DNA of 28,006 nucleotides from Ascoidea asiatica JCM 7603. Lineage: Eukaryota > Fungi > Ascomycota. The DNA is taken from positions 99,141 through 127,146 of the forward strand of contig BCKQ01000020.1 of NCBI GenBank assembly GCA_001600695.1, in the 5' to 3' direction. The position numbers and the translations under genes are program-made. A model generated the notes under the pieces. That model had not been told where the DNA came from. It ran no database searches and worked only from the letters and a program-made list of their open reading frames with translations. Numbering within the stretch: the stretch's first letter is position 1; the number at the start of each line of letters is the position of its first letter. This document shows, piece by piece, positions 1 to 11,158 of the stretch.

Positions 1-1479
1 AAGAATTAATTAGATAATTGAATAATTGATGATTCAAAAAAAAAGTAGATTAATGGATTATTAAAAAAAAGGATGAAAAGTCTTATATTTATATTATTTT
101 TGATGATATATGATTTCAAATTAATGGTTATTGGAAATTATACTATTTAATAAGTTAATTGTAGTACTTCTTTTCTGATTCCAGTTACTTTTCTCTAGAA
201 TGTGTTAATTGGTTCTTCTTAATTTTTTAATTACACTTGCAAATCAATCATATCTATTTTCTTATCCATATTTGCTGCCTAGACTACTAGACATACATGT
301 TATATATCACTTTATTTCATTGAATTCATCTAAAAGGGATTAAAGTGGCATATCCCTTTGGAAAGATTACATATTATATCCTGTACAAATGATTTAAAGG
401 AGTATCCTATTTGTTTGCTTAGATATCTTTTTTACGAGATGATTAGAACCTTATGATTGTCTAAATATCCCTTTATTAACTTTAATTAATAAAATTTAAA
501 TATTTTATTATAGTGGAGAAATTCTTTTATTCTTGGCTTAGAATATTTTATTCGAGTTGCGTCTGAGCATTGAAATGTCCCGATTAGGAAACAAATCTAA
601 ATTTTAGAGATAGTAATAATTACCACATAAACTAATTTTTATGATCTAGATTTTTATAATTCAAATCAAAGATCACAAAAAAAAAAAATTGGATTTCATT
701 TATCTTTATTTGAATAGATAATATTTTACATTACGTCGGATTATAATTACTTAATTGTATATGTTTTTAAATAAAAGGATATAAGGTGCTAGTAAATATA
801 CTTACTCCGAAGAATTGAAAAATAGCCTATAATCAATTGTGGTTAGAATAATAGATAGACAAGATACTTGAAAAAAATATTAGCAGAAACTGTTATCTAT
901 TTGGACTATAAATTTTATCTAGATCTTTTATTTTATTTTAAAATAACTAAAAATGAAGACTAATAAAACATAAAAGAAAATTGTGATTGATGCAAATTAT
1001 ATTTGCTTATGAATGATTAAAATAATTGATAAATATATATTTGGTAAAAATACCTTTGTTATTTGTTCGTATATGTTTTTATAGTGGCAAATCTAGCTTT
1101 TAGAAGGTAGTCAGAATTGAATGAATGAAATTATATTGTTCAGTCAATTGAAATAAGGCTGTTTTTTACATACTCATAATATATACTAAAATAACCTTAT
1201 TAATTGGATTATACCTTTCTATTTTATTTTAAGAAACATAAATTTTTGAATATTTCTGAAAATTAACACGTTCATAGTAAATATTTGAATTAACATTAGA
1301 AACGATAAAATTAATATTCAAAGAATAGTTTCTTTAATGAATAGAATATTTGTCTATTAGAGAATAACTCTTTTAACTTTCAAACTTGTAGATAAAAATA
1401 ACAATTTTTTCAAATAATTTTCTTTTAAAAGTTTGAATTCAGATCCAATTCGATTATTAATTTATTTCCATTAACCAGC

Positions 1480-3600
1480 TTTTTTCAAATTGGTATATTA
1501 AAGCTCACAAAAAGTGGAATTCAGTTTATTTATGAAAAATTGGGGTTGAGTTTATATTAGATTATTATTAATCGATTGAAAAATTGTGGAATCAAAGGAT
1601 TTAGGATTCTTGATAAACAAAATATTTTCAACTACCTTTCACAAAATGGATAAAGAAACAGGTTAAAGAAAGTACTTGATTTATTGTTATCGAATTGGGG
1701 GAGATTGAATTCAACATTTCTTTCAATGTTTTTATGATCATTAATGCTAATATATTTCATAATAATTTTCCTTTAAACTTATATCATTGTATTATTGTAT
1801 TATTATATCTTTATTTCTGAATAAATTCTCCTCGAATAGTAACGTGGTGTTAGTATATTGAATCAAATTTCGAGCTTTATTTATTCCAGTACTTTGATTG
1901 CTGAATTTGTTAGCAACTGCGAAATTTGTATAAAAAGTGTATAAAAATTATATCTGAGATGATTTTTATTAAAAATTGTAATACGAACTGAAACTAAAAC
2001 TATCAGAGAACACAATTTTTATCAATATCAATATAAAGATTAAAAAAAATGGGTTACACAGATGATTCACTTTTGTTAAAAATCTTATGTATTATTTAAT
2101 TTTTAGTTCTTTTTAAAATTCCACTTTTTCTATGGATTAAACTTGATTATTATAACCAGTGTTCATTATTCATAACTAAAAATTCAAGTTTTCAAAGAAA
2201 AGTATTTTCAATTTTAATTGTTTTTATTTTCAGTACTTATCAATTTGGGCTTTCAAATTATTTTCAGTTTGATTTAATTTTAGTATTATTATATTCAATA
2301 AGTTCAGCTTTCATGTATAGTATAATTTTCTTCACTTATCAAAATAAGAAATTCACAAATTATTATATATTTAAATCAAAATAAAAAATATATGATAATT
2401 TAGTAATCGATTAAAAATCTCAGATCCTGAAACTTTTAAATGTTTCGAAAATAATAATGATTTTGATTCAGATCCACCATTTAAAAATATTTTAATAGTA
2501 AATGGATTTCCTGTAGGTATGAAATATAATGATAACAAAAAAAATGAAACTGATTTGAATAATGTTACATTTATTCCAGTAATAGATTATGATGAAATTT
2601 ATTTTCAACGTTTGATAATAAATTGTCAATATATTAATGCTTTAATTTTTAATCTTCTTTTTTATCAAAACTGATTTATATCTACTTGCAATTTTTGAAT
2701 TTTTTATTTTTTCATATGTTATATCTACTAGGTTTATTTGTAATTATGAAATTACTGAAAATATATTTACTACTCCATCTTCTCTACAAAATGAATCTAT
2801 TTAAGATTGACTATTAATAAAAATTTTCTATTTAATTATAATTTTATTAATAGCTTTATATAAAGATATAATTAAAATTTTTAAGAAATTAACTAAAGTT
2901 ATCAAGTTTATCAAATATTTCTTGTACGAGTTTTTTTTATAACTCAAACTTCTCAACAAATATTGTCTTAAAAAAACTCAGTTTACTTCAAATATACAAT
3001 TTTTCAATTATTTAATATTTAACTTCTTTTTAGATGATAAACAATTAATAAAATTTTCATCTTTATAGATTATTTCTTTGTTTTAAAGTCAGAAAAATAT
3101 ATTAGACAATCTATTTAAGTACCTTAAAATAAGATTTTAATTTGTTTTACACAACAATTATAGATTATTTTCTTTTATTTGAAAATTTTTCAATTTCAAT
3201 AATTTCTTTTTCAAATAATTGCATTCTTAAAGAACATTTCACTTAAAGAATCCAATAAATAACTAAATTCATATTTCACTTTAATAGTTCCTTGAATCTT
3301 AATTTTAAACACAACCATTTGTATTCTTTAACTTCATTTTACAATAAATGATAAATATTCAATCAAATATTATTTCAACTTTTGTGTTTATTTCTTCATA
3401 CTCTTTCCCAAATTGGCAAAAACCTCTAATGCTTGTTAGAATCACAGGTTTTTGCTGAAAGTTGTAAAATAGTATGATTTTATCTTACACTTTATAAAAG
3501 TAATACTTGAATCTGGAGCACTATTTTCTAATATAAAAATATTTCACAAAGGGTATTAATATCACTAATCTATTTAATAGTGAAAATACTTTTTAAATAT
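1480..3600. pseudogene. Probable decayed coding sequence of unknown family (several stop- or frameshift-interrupted fragments)
   Basis: No ORF of 60 aa or more before 3676, but the sequence is more complex than the simple-repeat intergenic DNA elsewhere. + strand 2399-2674 is a stop-free 91-codon stretch without an N-terminal ATG (FSNRLKISDPETFKCFENNNDFDSDPPFKNILIVNGFPVG...IDYDEIYFQRL). About 1480-1740 reads as protein-like text broken by isolated stops. Confidence 0.3.
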
Positions 3601-4180
3601 TGATTTATTCTTTTTCAAAATGAATCTCTTCTTTGATTACATTAAATATTCGTAGTTTAAATATAAGAATATGCTATGCTTATTTTGTATTGTCATGATT
3701 TTATTTATCTAAAGAATATTTTCTCGAAAATCACTCATTATTTACTTTTTGTTCTATTAAAGTATGTTGATATGAGATATTGTCATACTAAATTCAAAGA
3801 GTATTATACAATTAAAATTAAATTTGATACTGTCAATAAAATTTACTCAAATATTAAGTAAGTTTTTCCTGTTCATATATTTAACTGGATTTTAAGCTAT
3901 AATAAGAGTATCTTTTTACCAATGAAAATTGATTAAAATGAAGAATAAAATAAAAAACATAAATTGAATTAACTTTATTATTTCCTTTTAGTTTCTCTAT
4001 TGGGTAACTGTAATTATTTGAAATTTTAGATAGAAGAAAATAATATCCAAGTTATTAAAAAGATCTTCTTGGAAACAAATATCAAAAATAAATATATCAT
4101 GTTTTTTTGATTAAAAAAAGGTATTAAATTGTGTCTATATATTATAAAATTATTATATATAATTTGTAGGTCCATTATTA

Positions 4181-7100
4181 TTAAAAGAAAAACATTATGT
4201 TACTAACTAAAACAATTATGAAAAGATTAGAAATTGAAAGAATTGATCCACCATTTGAAGATTCTTCAATTACACCTGATGAAGAATTTGCAGAAACTGT
4301 TCCTGTAGATTCTTCCATATAATAACTGGTCAATGAATACATTGTAGCATTTGTTGGAATTGGTGTAGCTGAAAAATATGTTGCATCAACTGTTGAAGAT
4401 AAATTAGAAGCTAAAGTTGCACTTGCAACTGAACATATAGATGAATAATAATTATCTAATTGAAGATAATATTCTGTATCTTTATCATCTTCATCCACAT
4501 CAGAAGTAGATCTTTTCTTTGAAGAAGTTGAAGATGCAATTGAAAATTCACTTGAATAATAAATATCCCAATCTGATGAATTAGTTTTAGTTCCAAACGT
4601 CTTTAAGGCTCTAAATAAAAATTTATAATTACCTGCTGGAATTGTAGTACCATCTGAGAGTGTACTTGGAACAATATAACCTAAACTATTTGATCTGATT
4701 GAATATTCACTTGGGAAGGTAATTGCACTTGCGGTTCCATCACTTGAAGTTTTTATTGCTCCAACCCAATTTGAACTTCCTGATAATGGATATTGAAAAT
4801 CAGAATCTGTTGTATAATCAGTTGAAACTAAATCAATTGAATATTCTTCAGTACCATAACGTAATTCATAATAAACTCTAAAATAATCAGTTCCAATGGT
4901 AATTGAATCACTTGAATTAACTTTTCTTATTGTTGAAGAAGAACTATCTTTAGTTATTACCAATGGTTGTGTTAAAAATGGTGTCCATTCATAAGTTGAT
5001 AATTCAACACCCATATATGGAACTTTAACTATTTCACTATTTGAACCAACTAAAACAATTTTACCACCAAATACAAAACCACTTGTTGAATTTAATGAAC
5101 TTATTTCTGGAGCATTTATTGTAACTTGAAATGATCCAGTTGAACCTGCTGCAATAGTTAATGATAATGCTGAAGTTTGAATTCCTGCATCACCAGATGA
5201 ATAATCAGGGAAATAAGCTTCTGGTTTCCAAGTAGAATCTCTTGCTTGAACAACTGATCCTTTTTCATAAGAAATTGAATAAGTTACAGAATCTGAATTT
5301 CCATTATAAACTTCAATTGTATGAGTTGAAACTCTATTATCAGTATCATTTAATGAAATGTAAGGATCAGAAACAATTCTAGTATTATAATCTAAGAAAT
5401 TAACAGCATCTACAATTCCAGCACCTTGTTGATTAGTTGGTGCATATAAAGAAGAATCTTCAGTAGTATCATTATAAAATGTAATTGTATTTGCAGTTCC
5501 AACTAATTTTTGTTTAATTTCATCAGGTGTAGCATTTGGATTTTGACTTAAATATAATGCAATTAAACCAGAAACATATGGTGCAGCAAAACTACTACCA
5601 CTATAATAACCATAACTTGAACCATATGGACCATAAATATTTTCACCAGGTGCAGAAATTGTTGGATAAAATCCATTTTCATAAGTTGGACCCCATGAAG
5701 AAAATGAACTAACTCTATTTTCAGTTAAAATAATATCATTATCAGTATCTCCAGAATAACCTGTTGCACCTACAGAAATAACACCTTCACCAGAAGCACC
5801 TGAAGATGCAAAAAAATTACCTGTTGAACCATCATTACCTGCTGCAAAAACAATTGGAATTTTAGCACCAATTTCTGAAGCTAAAATTGAAAGTGGCATT
5901 GTTGCATAACCTTGACTAGCTGCTAAAGAAAGATTTATAACATCAACACCATCACTTGCAGCTTTATTTATAGCTTCTAAAATTGTATCAGAAGTTGAAC
6001 CACCTGAACAACCAAAAACTTTATACATTCTTATAGAAGCATCTGGTGCTACACCAGTATCTGAATCTGCAATTACTGAAGAAACTAAAGTACCATGACC
6101 CATACAATCCATTGGATCATCATCATTACTAGCATAATCATAACCTCCTTCAACTTTGTAACTAGAACCAAAACCACCACCTAAAGTTGAAATTGTATAA
6201 TTAACTCCAGAATCAATAACACCAATAACAATTCCAGAACCAGTAATATTTCTATTATGTAAAGTATCAACACCAGTAACTTTATGAATATTCCAAGCTT
6301 TTGAAGAATCAGTACCTTGATTATATGAAGTAATATTAACATTTTGAACAGGCCAAACATTTTTAATATATGATAAAGCTTTTAAAGAATCAATAGTTGA
6401 TTGATTATAACTTGTTAATTTTATTGAACATAAACCAGATGATAAAAAATCTGAATTTAAATCTTTAACTAAAACAGAATCAAAACCTTCAGTTTTTAAA
6501 ACATTAGAAAAAGATTGAGCGGATATTGGAGAACATTGAGTTGTATAATCTCTTTTTTTTTTTTCTAAAATTGATGAATTATCTCCAGAGAATGAAGCAT
6601 GATATTGAATAATATAACGACCACTTATAACACCTAAATCAGTTGAAGAAATATCAGATGCATTTTCTAATTCATCATAACTTGCTACTGCAAAAGTTCC
6701 TGAATCATCAGTAATATATTCAGGTGTAGAAGAAGTAGAAGAATTTGTTGAAGTAGTTGAATTTACATTAGCTACAACAAAAGTTCCACTATTATCATTA
6801 ATATATTCTGGAGTTGAAGAAGTTGAAGAATTTGTATTAGTTCCATTATATTTTGCAACCATAAAAGTACCTGAATCATCAGTTATTGATTCTGGAGTTG
6901 AAGAAATACTTTGATTTAAATCTCTTTTACCATATTGAGCAACAACAAAAGTACCTTTATCATCAGTTATATATTGAGGATTTGAAGAAGTTGATTGATT
7001 TTTTGAAGAATTATTATCTAATTTTGCAACTCCAAAAGTTCCATTATCATCTTGAATTAATTCTGGAGTTGAAGAAATAGATTGATTATTATTATTATTA

Positions 7101-7186
7101 CTATTAATTTGATTAATATTTTCGGATTTAACTAATAAAGGTAATAAAACTATCGATAATGATAGTAAAGTATTTGAAAATTTCAT
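4181..7186 (-). CDS. Secreted, probably GPI-anchored subtilisin-like serine protease (S8, Vpr/C5a-like fungal type) with C-terminal Fn3-like domain, 1001 aa
   Basis: The real ATG is at 7186 (MKFSNTLLSLSIVLLPLLVKS signal peptide); the track start at 7228 is a TTG. Catalytic Asp GVIDSG, His GHGT, oxyanion Asn AAGNDG, Ser SGSSFAAP. Family motifs GGYD, DPMDCMGHGT, YKVFGC, FSSWGPT, ISAPGENI, QQGAGIVDA. C-terminal SSNGG plus hydrophobic tail. Confidence 0.95.
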   Translation of the reverse strand: MKFSNTLLSLSIVLLPLLVKSENINQINSNNNNNQSISSTPELIQDDNGTFGVAKLDNNSSKNQSTSSNPQYITDDKGTFVVAQYGKRDLNQSISSTPESITDDSGTFMVAKYNGTNTNSSTSSTPEYINDNSGTFVVANVNSTTSTNSSTSSTPEYITDDSGTFAVASYDELENASDISSTDLGVISGRYIIQYHASFSGDNSSILEKKKRDYTTQCSPISAQSFSNVLKTEGFDSVLVKDLNSDFLSSGLCSIKLTSYNQSTIDSLKALSYIKNVWPVQNVNITSYNQGTDSSKAWNIHKVTGVDTLHNRNITGSGIVIGVIDSGVNYTISTLGGGFGSSYKVEGGYDYASNDDDPMDCMGHGTLVSSVIADSDTGVAPDASIRMYKVFGCSGGSTSDTILEAINKAASDGVDVINLSLAASQGYATMPLSILASEIGAKIPIVFAAGNDGSTGNFFASSGASGEGVISVGATGYSGDTDNDIILTENRVSSFSSWGPTYENGFYPTISAPGENIYGPYGSSYGYYSGSSFAAPYVSGLIALYLSQNPNATPDEIKQKLVGTANTITFYNDTTEDSSLYAPTNQQGAGIVDAVNFLDYNTRIVSDPYISLNDTDNRVSTHTIEVYNGNSDSVTYSISYEKGSVVQARDSTWKPEAYFPDYSSGDAGIQTSALSLTIAAGSTGSFQVTINAPEISSLNSTSGFVFGGKIVLVGSNSEIVKVPYMGVELSTYEWTPFLTQPLVITKDSSSSTIRKVNSSDSITIGTDYFRVYYELRYGTEEYSIDLVSTDYTTDSDFQYPLSGSSNWVGAIKTSSDGTASAITFPSEYSIRSNSLGYIVPSTLSDGTTIPAGNYKFLFRALKTFGTKTNSSDWDIYYSSEFSIASSTSSKKRSTSDVDEDDKDTEYYLQLDNYYSSICSVASATLASNLSSTVDATYFSATPIPTNATMYSLTSYYMEESTGTVSANSSSGVIEESSNGGSILSISNLFIIVLVSNIMFFF
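6674..7084 (-). repeat. Five tandem in-frame repeats of about 28-30 aa (core S-S-T-P-E-Y-I-x-D-D-x-G-T-F-x-V-A) in the subtilisin N-terminus
   Basis: SSTPELIQDDNGTFGVA, SSNPQYITDDKGTFVVA, SSTPESITDDSGTFMVA, SSTPEYINDNSGTFVVA, SSTPEYITDDSGTFAVA. Confidence 0.9.
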
Positions 7187-7325
7187 ATTTTTCTTTTCTT
7201 TTCTTTTGATAAAATGAATGATAATCAAATTTATATTATTAAGTATATAAATATATACAGTATGATGAGAATTAAAGTTATAAAGAGTGACTAAGAAATG
7301 AATTTGATATATTATTTCTTATTTC

Positions 7326-7381
7326 AAATTGAAATTGGAATTGAAATTGAAATTGAAATTGAAATTGAAATTGAAATTGAA
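7326..7381. repeat. (GAAATT)n microsatellite
   Basis: Direct inspection; about 9 units. Confidence 0.9.
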
Positions 7382-7974
7382 TATGAATAAAAAAAAAAGA
7401 AATTTATTGGAAGAGTTAGGTACTTTTTATTTAAACCTTTATTGAAAAAAAAGAAAATGATATTGAATTATTTATATCAAATATATTAAAATAATAATTA
7501 TATAAGTAAGTAATTAAAGAAATGAATATAAAATAATGTATTTATAAAGAATAAATATTGATTAAAATTAAGCCCATTATAACTTTTAATATTAAAATAT
7601 TTATAATGATAATGATAATTATAAATCATTTTAAAGTAATAGTATGAAAATTTTAATTGAAATTTATAGAATGATAATGATTATGATAATGAGAATTGAT
7701 ATTGAATAATATTGAATAAAATTGTAATAGATTAAAATTGAAACATAAAAGTGAATAAATTTTTAAAAATTGTAAACAAAAATGTTAAATTGATCCCCTT
7801 TTTTGAAAGTTGATAATTGTTTGATATATAAATGTGACTAATTTTAGATAAATGTATTAAAAACATTGAAATGGATATTAAAATAATATAAAATAATATA
7901 ATAAAGTATATTTTATTACGTAATTGCTTGAACAGTTCTACTCACCCATAATACCAATGATATTTCCTACAATG

Positions 7975-8076
7975 TCTTCATCATCTTCATCATCTTCTTC
8001 TTCTTCTTCTTCTTCTTCTTCAAATTCTTCTTCTTCTTCTTCTTCTTCTTCAAATTCTTCAAATTCTTCAAATTCT
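7975..8076. repeat. (TCT/TCA)n trinucleotide low-complexity tract
   Basis: Direct inspection. Confidence 0.9.
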
Positions 8077-8116
8077 GGTATTATTTAAAGTTTCTGGTAA
8101 GCAAAACTTAAATAAA

Positions 8117-8136
8117 TACCCGAAACCACGTGACGT
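8117..8136. promoter_or_regulatory. GC patch with overlapping CACGTGAC (Cbf1/bHLH-type) and TGACGT (CRE/bZIP-type) sites, possibly a UAS of the subtilisin gene
   Basis: tacccgaaaccacgtgacgt in otherwise very AT-rich DNA about 0.9 kb upstream of the subtilisin ATG. Confidence 0.35.
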
Positions 8137-8397
8137 TTCTTTTTGTGGTCATTTGAAAAGTTTCGTTTTTTTTTGCAACGTTGCATTTTTGGTGTGTTTT
8201 TGGTGGTTTTGGTGGTTTTGAATTTGGTCAATCGCCAAAACAACAATAATCAAGAAGAATCTCTACAATTAAAAGGTTCTTACTTCTTTTTTTGGAATGA
8301 ATTGATTGATTTAGTTTCTATTTTCTATAGAATAAAAATATTAGTATATAAATCAAGAAATATACAAATATAAATATAAATGTGAATAGTATTTTTT

Positions 8398-10227
8398 TTA
8401 ATTATTTTCAGTTACATTCTCAACAACATTCTTAATATCTTTTTTAATATCTTTTTTATTTAATAATCTTTTCTCATTTCTTTGATTTTGTCTTTGATTT
8501 TGTTGTTTTTTAAATTCTTCTTCTTCAATTTCACTTAATTCAATTTTTTCATTTAATTTTTCATTTAAAATTTTAATTTCTTCATTAATTTTATTTAATT
8601 TATTATTAATTTTTAATAAATTATTATCTGTAAATTTTTTATCATTTTTATTAAATTCTTCATATTTTAAAATTAATTCTTTAATAATTTTCTCACTTTC
8701 TTCTTTTGATAATGGTACTGTAATATTTAATTCACTTAATTTAATTAAAATATCTGGTTCTAAAGTAAATTTAGAATTCGAAATTTTATTTGATTCTTTA
8801 TTATTAACATTATTATCAATTATATTATTATTATTATTATTATTATTATTTTGTTTATTATGTTTTTTAAATTTTTTACCTTTATTTTTTGAACCTTTAA
8901 AAAATTCTTCATCTTTTTTCTTAAAAACTTGAAAATTTTCTGGAATTTCAATTTTTCTTTCAATTTTATTAATTTTATCAACTGAAGAATCTTCTTTTAA
9001 TAAAATTTCATTACCATTACCAATTCCATTACCAATTCCATTACCAATTCCATTATTAATACCATTATTAATACCATTAATATTAGAAATTTTATCAAAT
9101 TTAATAAAATTAGGTAATTCATCATTTGATTTATTTAAAATTTTAAAAAAATATTTTATTAAAATTTTAATATTTAAAATTTCATTATAAAATGCACCTT
9201 GATTTAAATTTAAATTTAATTCATTATCTAAAATTTTTTTCTTTAAATTTAATTCATTTAATTTTATTAAAATTTTTTCATTTTTAATATTATTTTTTTT
9301 TTCAATTAATAAATTTTTTCTAAAATTTTCAAAATTTAAATTAAATAAATTAAATTCATTATTTAATTCATTATATAAAATTTTTTTTTCATTTTGAATT
9401 AATTTTCTTTTATCAAATAAAATTTTTTTTTTATCATATTTTAAATTATTAAATTCATTTAATTTATTTAAAATTTCTTTAATTTTATTAAATTCTTTTA
9501 AAATTTCTTTTGAATTATTTTTTTCAAGATAATTATTTAATTCAATTTTTAATAATTTAATTTTTTCTTGATTTAAATTAATTTTATTTTGAAAAATTTC
9601 AAATTTATTAAAATCTTTTTTAAATTTATTTATTGAAGAAATTTCTTTTAAAATTTTTTTTTCTTCAACAATTTTTAAATTTTCATTATTAATTTTATTT
9701 TCTAAATTAATAATTTTTAAATTAATTTCATTAATTGAATTAAATTTAAAAAAATTTAAATTTTTTTTTTTAAAATTTAATAAATTTATTAATTCAATTT
9801 TTAAAATTGAATCAATTTTTTTAATTTCTTCAAAAATTTTATTCTTAAAAAATTTTATCTCATTTTGTTTTTTTTGTAAAAAATTAAGTTTTTCTCTTAA
9901 TTTAATTTTATCATCATTTGAATATGAATTTAAATTGTTATCATTGTTATCAAGATTATTTTCATTATCAATATTTTCAATTTCATTATTAATTTTTTTT
10001 AAATCATTATCTAAATTTGAAATTTTTAATTTAATTAAATTTACTTTTTTTTGATGTTGATCTTTATCAGGAGATTTAATAAATTTTTTATTTAATTTTA
10101 AATTTTTTATTGTTTCTAATAATGAATCATCATAATTTTCATTATTATTATAATTACCATTATCATTATCATCATCATCATAATCCACAAAGGATTTAAT
10201 CTTTTTGTTATTATTATTACCTGACAT
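8398..10227 (-). CDS. BFR1: Bfr1 (brefeldin A resistance / polysome-associated mRNP coiled-coil protein)
   Basis: Long coiled coil with recognisable Bfr1 blocks: KSPDK near the N-terminus, KFNSINEINLKIINLENKINNENLKIVEEKKILKEISSI, and C-terminal KFTLEPDILIKLSELNITVP (S. cerevisiae Bfr1 recalled as KFTLEPTLIATLAELDVTVP). Confidence 0.88.
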   Translation of the reverse strand: MSGNNNNKKIKSFVDYDDDDNDNGNYNNNENYDDSLLETIKNLKLNKKFIKSPDKDQHQKKVNLIKLKISNLDNDLKKINNEIENIDNENNLDNNDNNLNSYSNDDKIKLREKLNFLQKKQNEIKFFKNKIFEEIKKIDSILKIELINLLNFKKKNLNFFKFNSINEINLKIINLENKINNENLKIVEEKKILKEISSINKFKKDFNKFEIFQNKINLNQEKIKLLKIELNNYLEKNNSKEILKEFNKIKEILNKLNEFNNLKYDKKKILFDKRKLIQNEKKILYNELNNEFNLFNLNFENFRKNLLIEKKNNIKNEKILIKLNELNLKKKILDNELNLNLNQGAFYNEILNIKILIKYFFKILNKSNDELPNFIKFDKISNINGINNGINNGIGNGIGNGIGNGNEILLKEDSSVDKINKIERKIEIPENFQVFKKKDEEFFKGSKNKGKKFKKHNKQNNNNNNNNNIIDNNVNNKESNKISNSKFTLEPDILIKLSELNITVPLSKEESEKIIKELILKYEEFNKNDKKFTDNNLLKINNKLNKINEEIKILNEKLNEKIELSEIEEEEFKKQQNQRQNQRNEKRLLNKKDIKKDIKNVVENVTENN

Positions 10228-10399
10228 ATTTAATTGAATTTATTAATAATCTTTTTTAACATAATTGATTCATACAATTGAATATCTTTTACTCTTTTAC
10301 TCTTTTACTCTTTTCATTTACTCAAATTCATTATTATTATTATTATTATCACAGTTATCATCATCACAGTTATTACTTTTATTTATTTCAGTTTAAAAA

Positions 10400-10462
10400 G
10401 CCACGTATATTAAAAGATAAAATAAAAGTGAAAAAAAAGAAGCAGCCACGAAAGCAGCCAAT
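10400..10462. promoter_or_regulatory. BFR1 upstream elements: GCCACGTA (UPRE-2-type Hac1 site), CAGCCACGAAA, CCAAT
   Basis: GCCACGTA at 10400-10407 (reverse TACGTGGC), about 170 bp upstream of the BFR1 ATG; CCAAT at 10458-10462. Confidence 0.4.
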
Positions 10463-10903
10463 CAGAATCGAGAACGCAGCACCAGCCTTAGAAAAGAGGT
10501 TACGGCTAAAAAACAAAATGTGGCTGTTTCCCGTTTAGGTAATTGTGCGAGTAGTTTCCGGGTAGTCAATTACGAGGTGTACAAGTCGGGTTCGGTCGAG
10601 CTTGGTCGGATTTGATTGTGGTTTTTATGTCTTTTTTTGGATGAACATGTGGGGGATGACAGTTACTTTATAGGACAACCACTGTCCTAAACAGTTCCAA
10701 AAAGTATTAATTTAATTATATCATTAAAATTTAAATTATTTCATAATATTTTGAAGATTTAAATATGAATATAAGTAAGTAAGTAAGTAATAAGTAAGAT
10801 AAATCATTAAGAAATGTTAAATGTTTAATGGTTAGATAAAAAAGGAATTGAAGTAAATGAAGAGATGAAGTAAGGAGAATATTTTAATAATTGATTAATA
10901 AGA

Positions 10904-11158
10904 TTAATAACCACCTTGGCCACCTTGACCTCCAAAACCTCCTTGGTTTCCACCTTGATTACCATGACCACCTTGGTTTCCACCAGGACCACCTTGTCCA
11001 CCTGGACCTCCTTGATTACCACCAAAACCTCCTTGGTTTCCACCTGGACCACCTTGGTTTCCACCTTGATTACCATGACCACCTTGGTTTCCACCTTGTC
11101 CACCTGGACCACCATGACCACCTGGACCACCATGATGAGAGAAAGGATTATGAACCAT
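10904..11158 (-). CDS. 84-aa Gly/Gln/Asn/His-rich low-complexity protein of unknown function
   Basis: ATG...TAA ORF made of GG-x and GGNQ repeats. Synonymous variation (GGT/GGA, AAT/AAC) preserves the peptide. It is a GC-rich island bounded by its start and stop, with TA-rich sequence upstream. The other overlapping frames are shadows. Confidence 0.7.
   Translation of the reverse strand: MVHNPFSHHGGPGGHGGPGGQGGNQGGHGNQGGNQGGPGGNQGGFGGNQGGPGGQGGPGGNQGGHGNQGGNQGGFGGQGGQGGY

Noticed and set aside
3676-3861. 61-aa + strand ORF
   Set aside because: Short, no recognisable motif, within the range expected by chance
7957-8088. 43-codon poly-Ser ORF (MIFPTMSSSS...), poly-Glu on the other strand
   Set aside because: Fully explained by a TCT microsatellite; no other coding evidence
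10671-10689. Hairpin TAGGACA-accac-TGTCCTA (and CGGTGTT/AACACCG at 11559-11583)
   Set aside because: Isolated 7-bp stems with no supporting context; compatible with chance or dimeric factor sites
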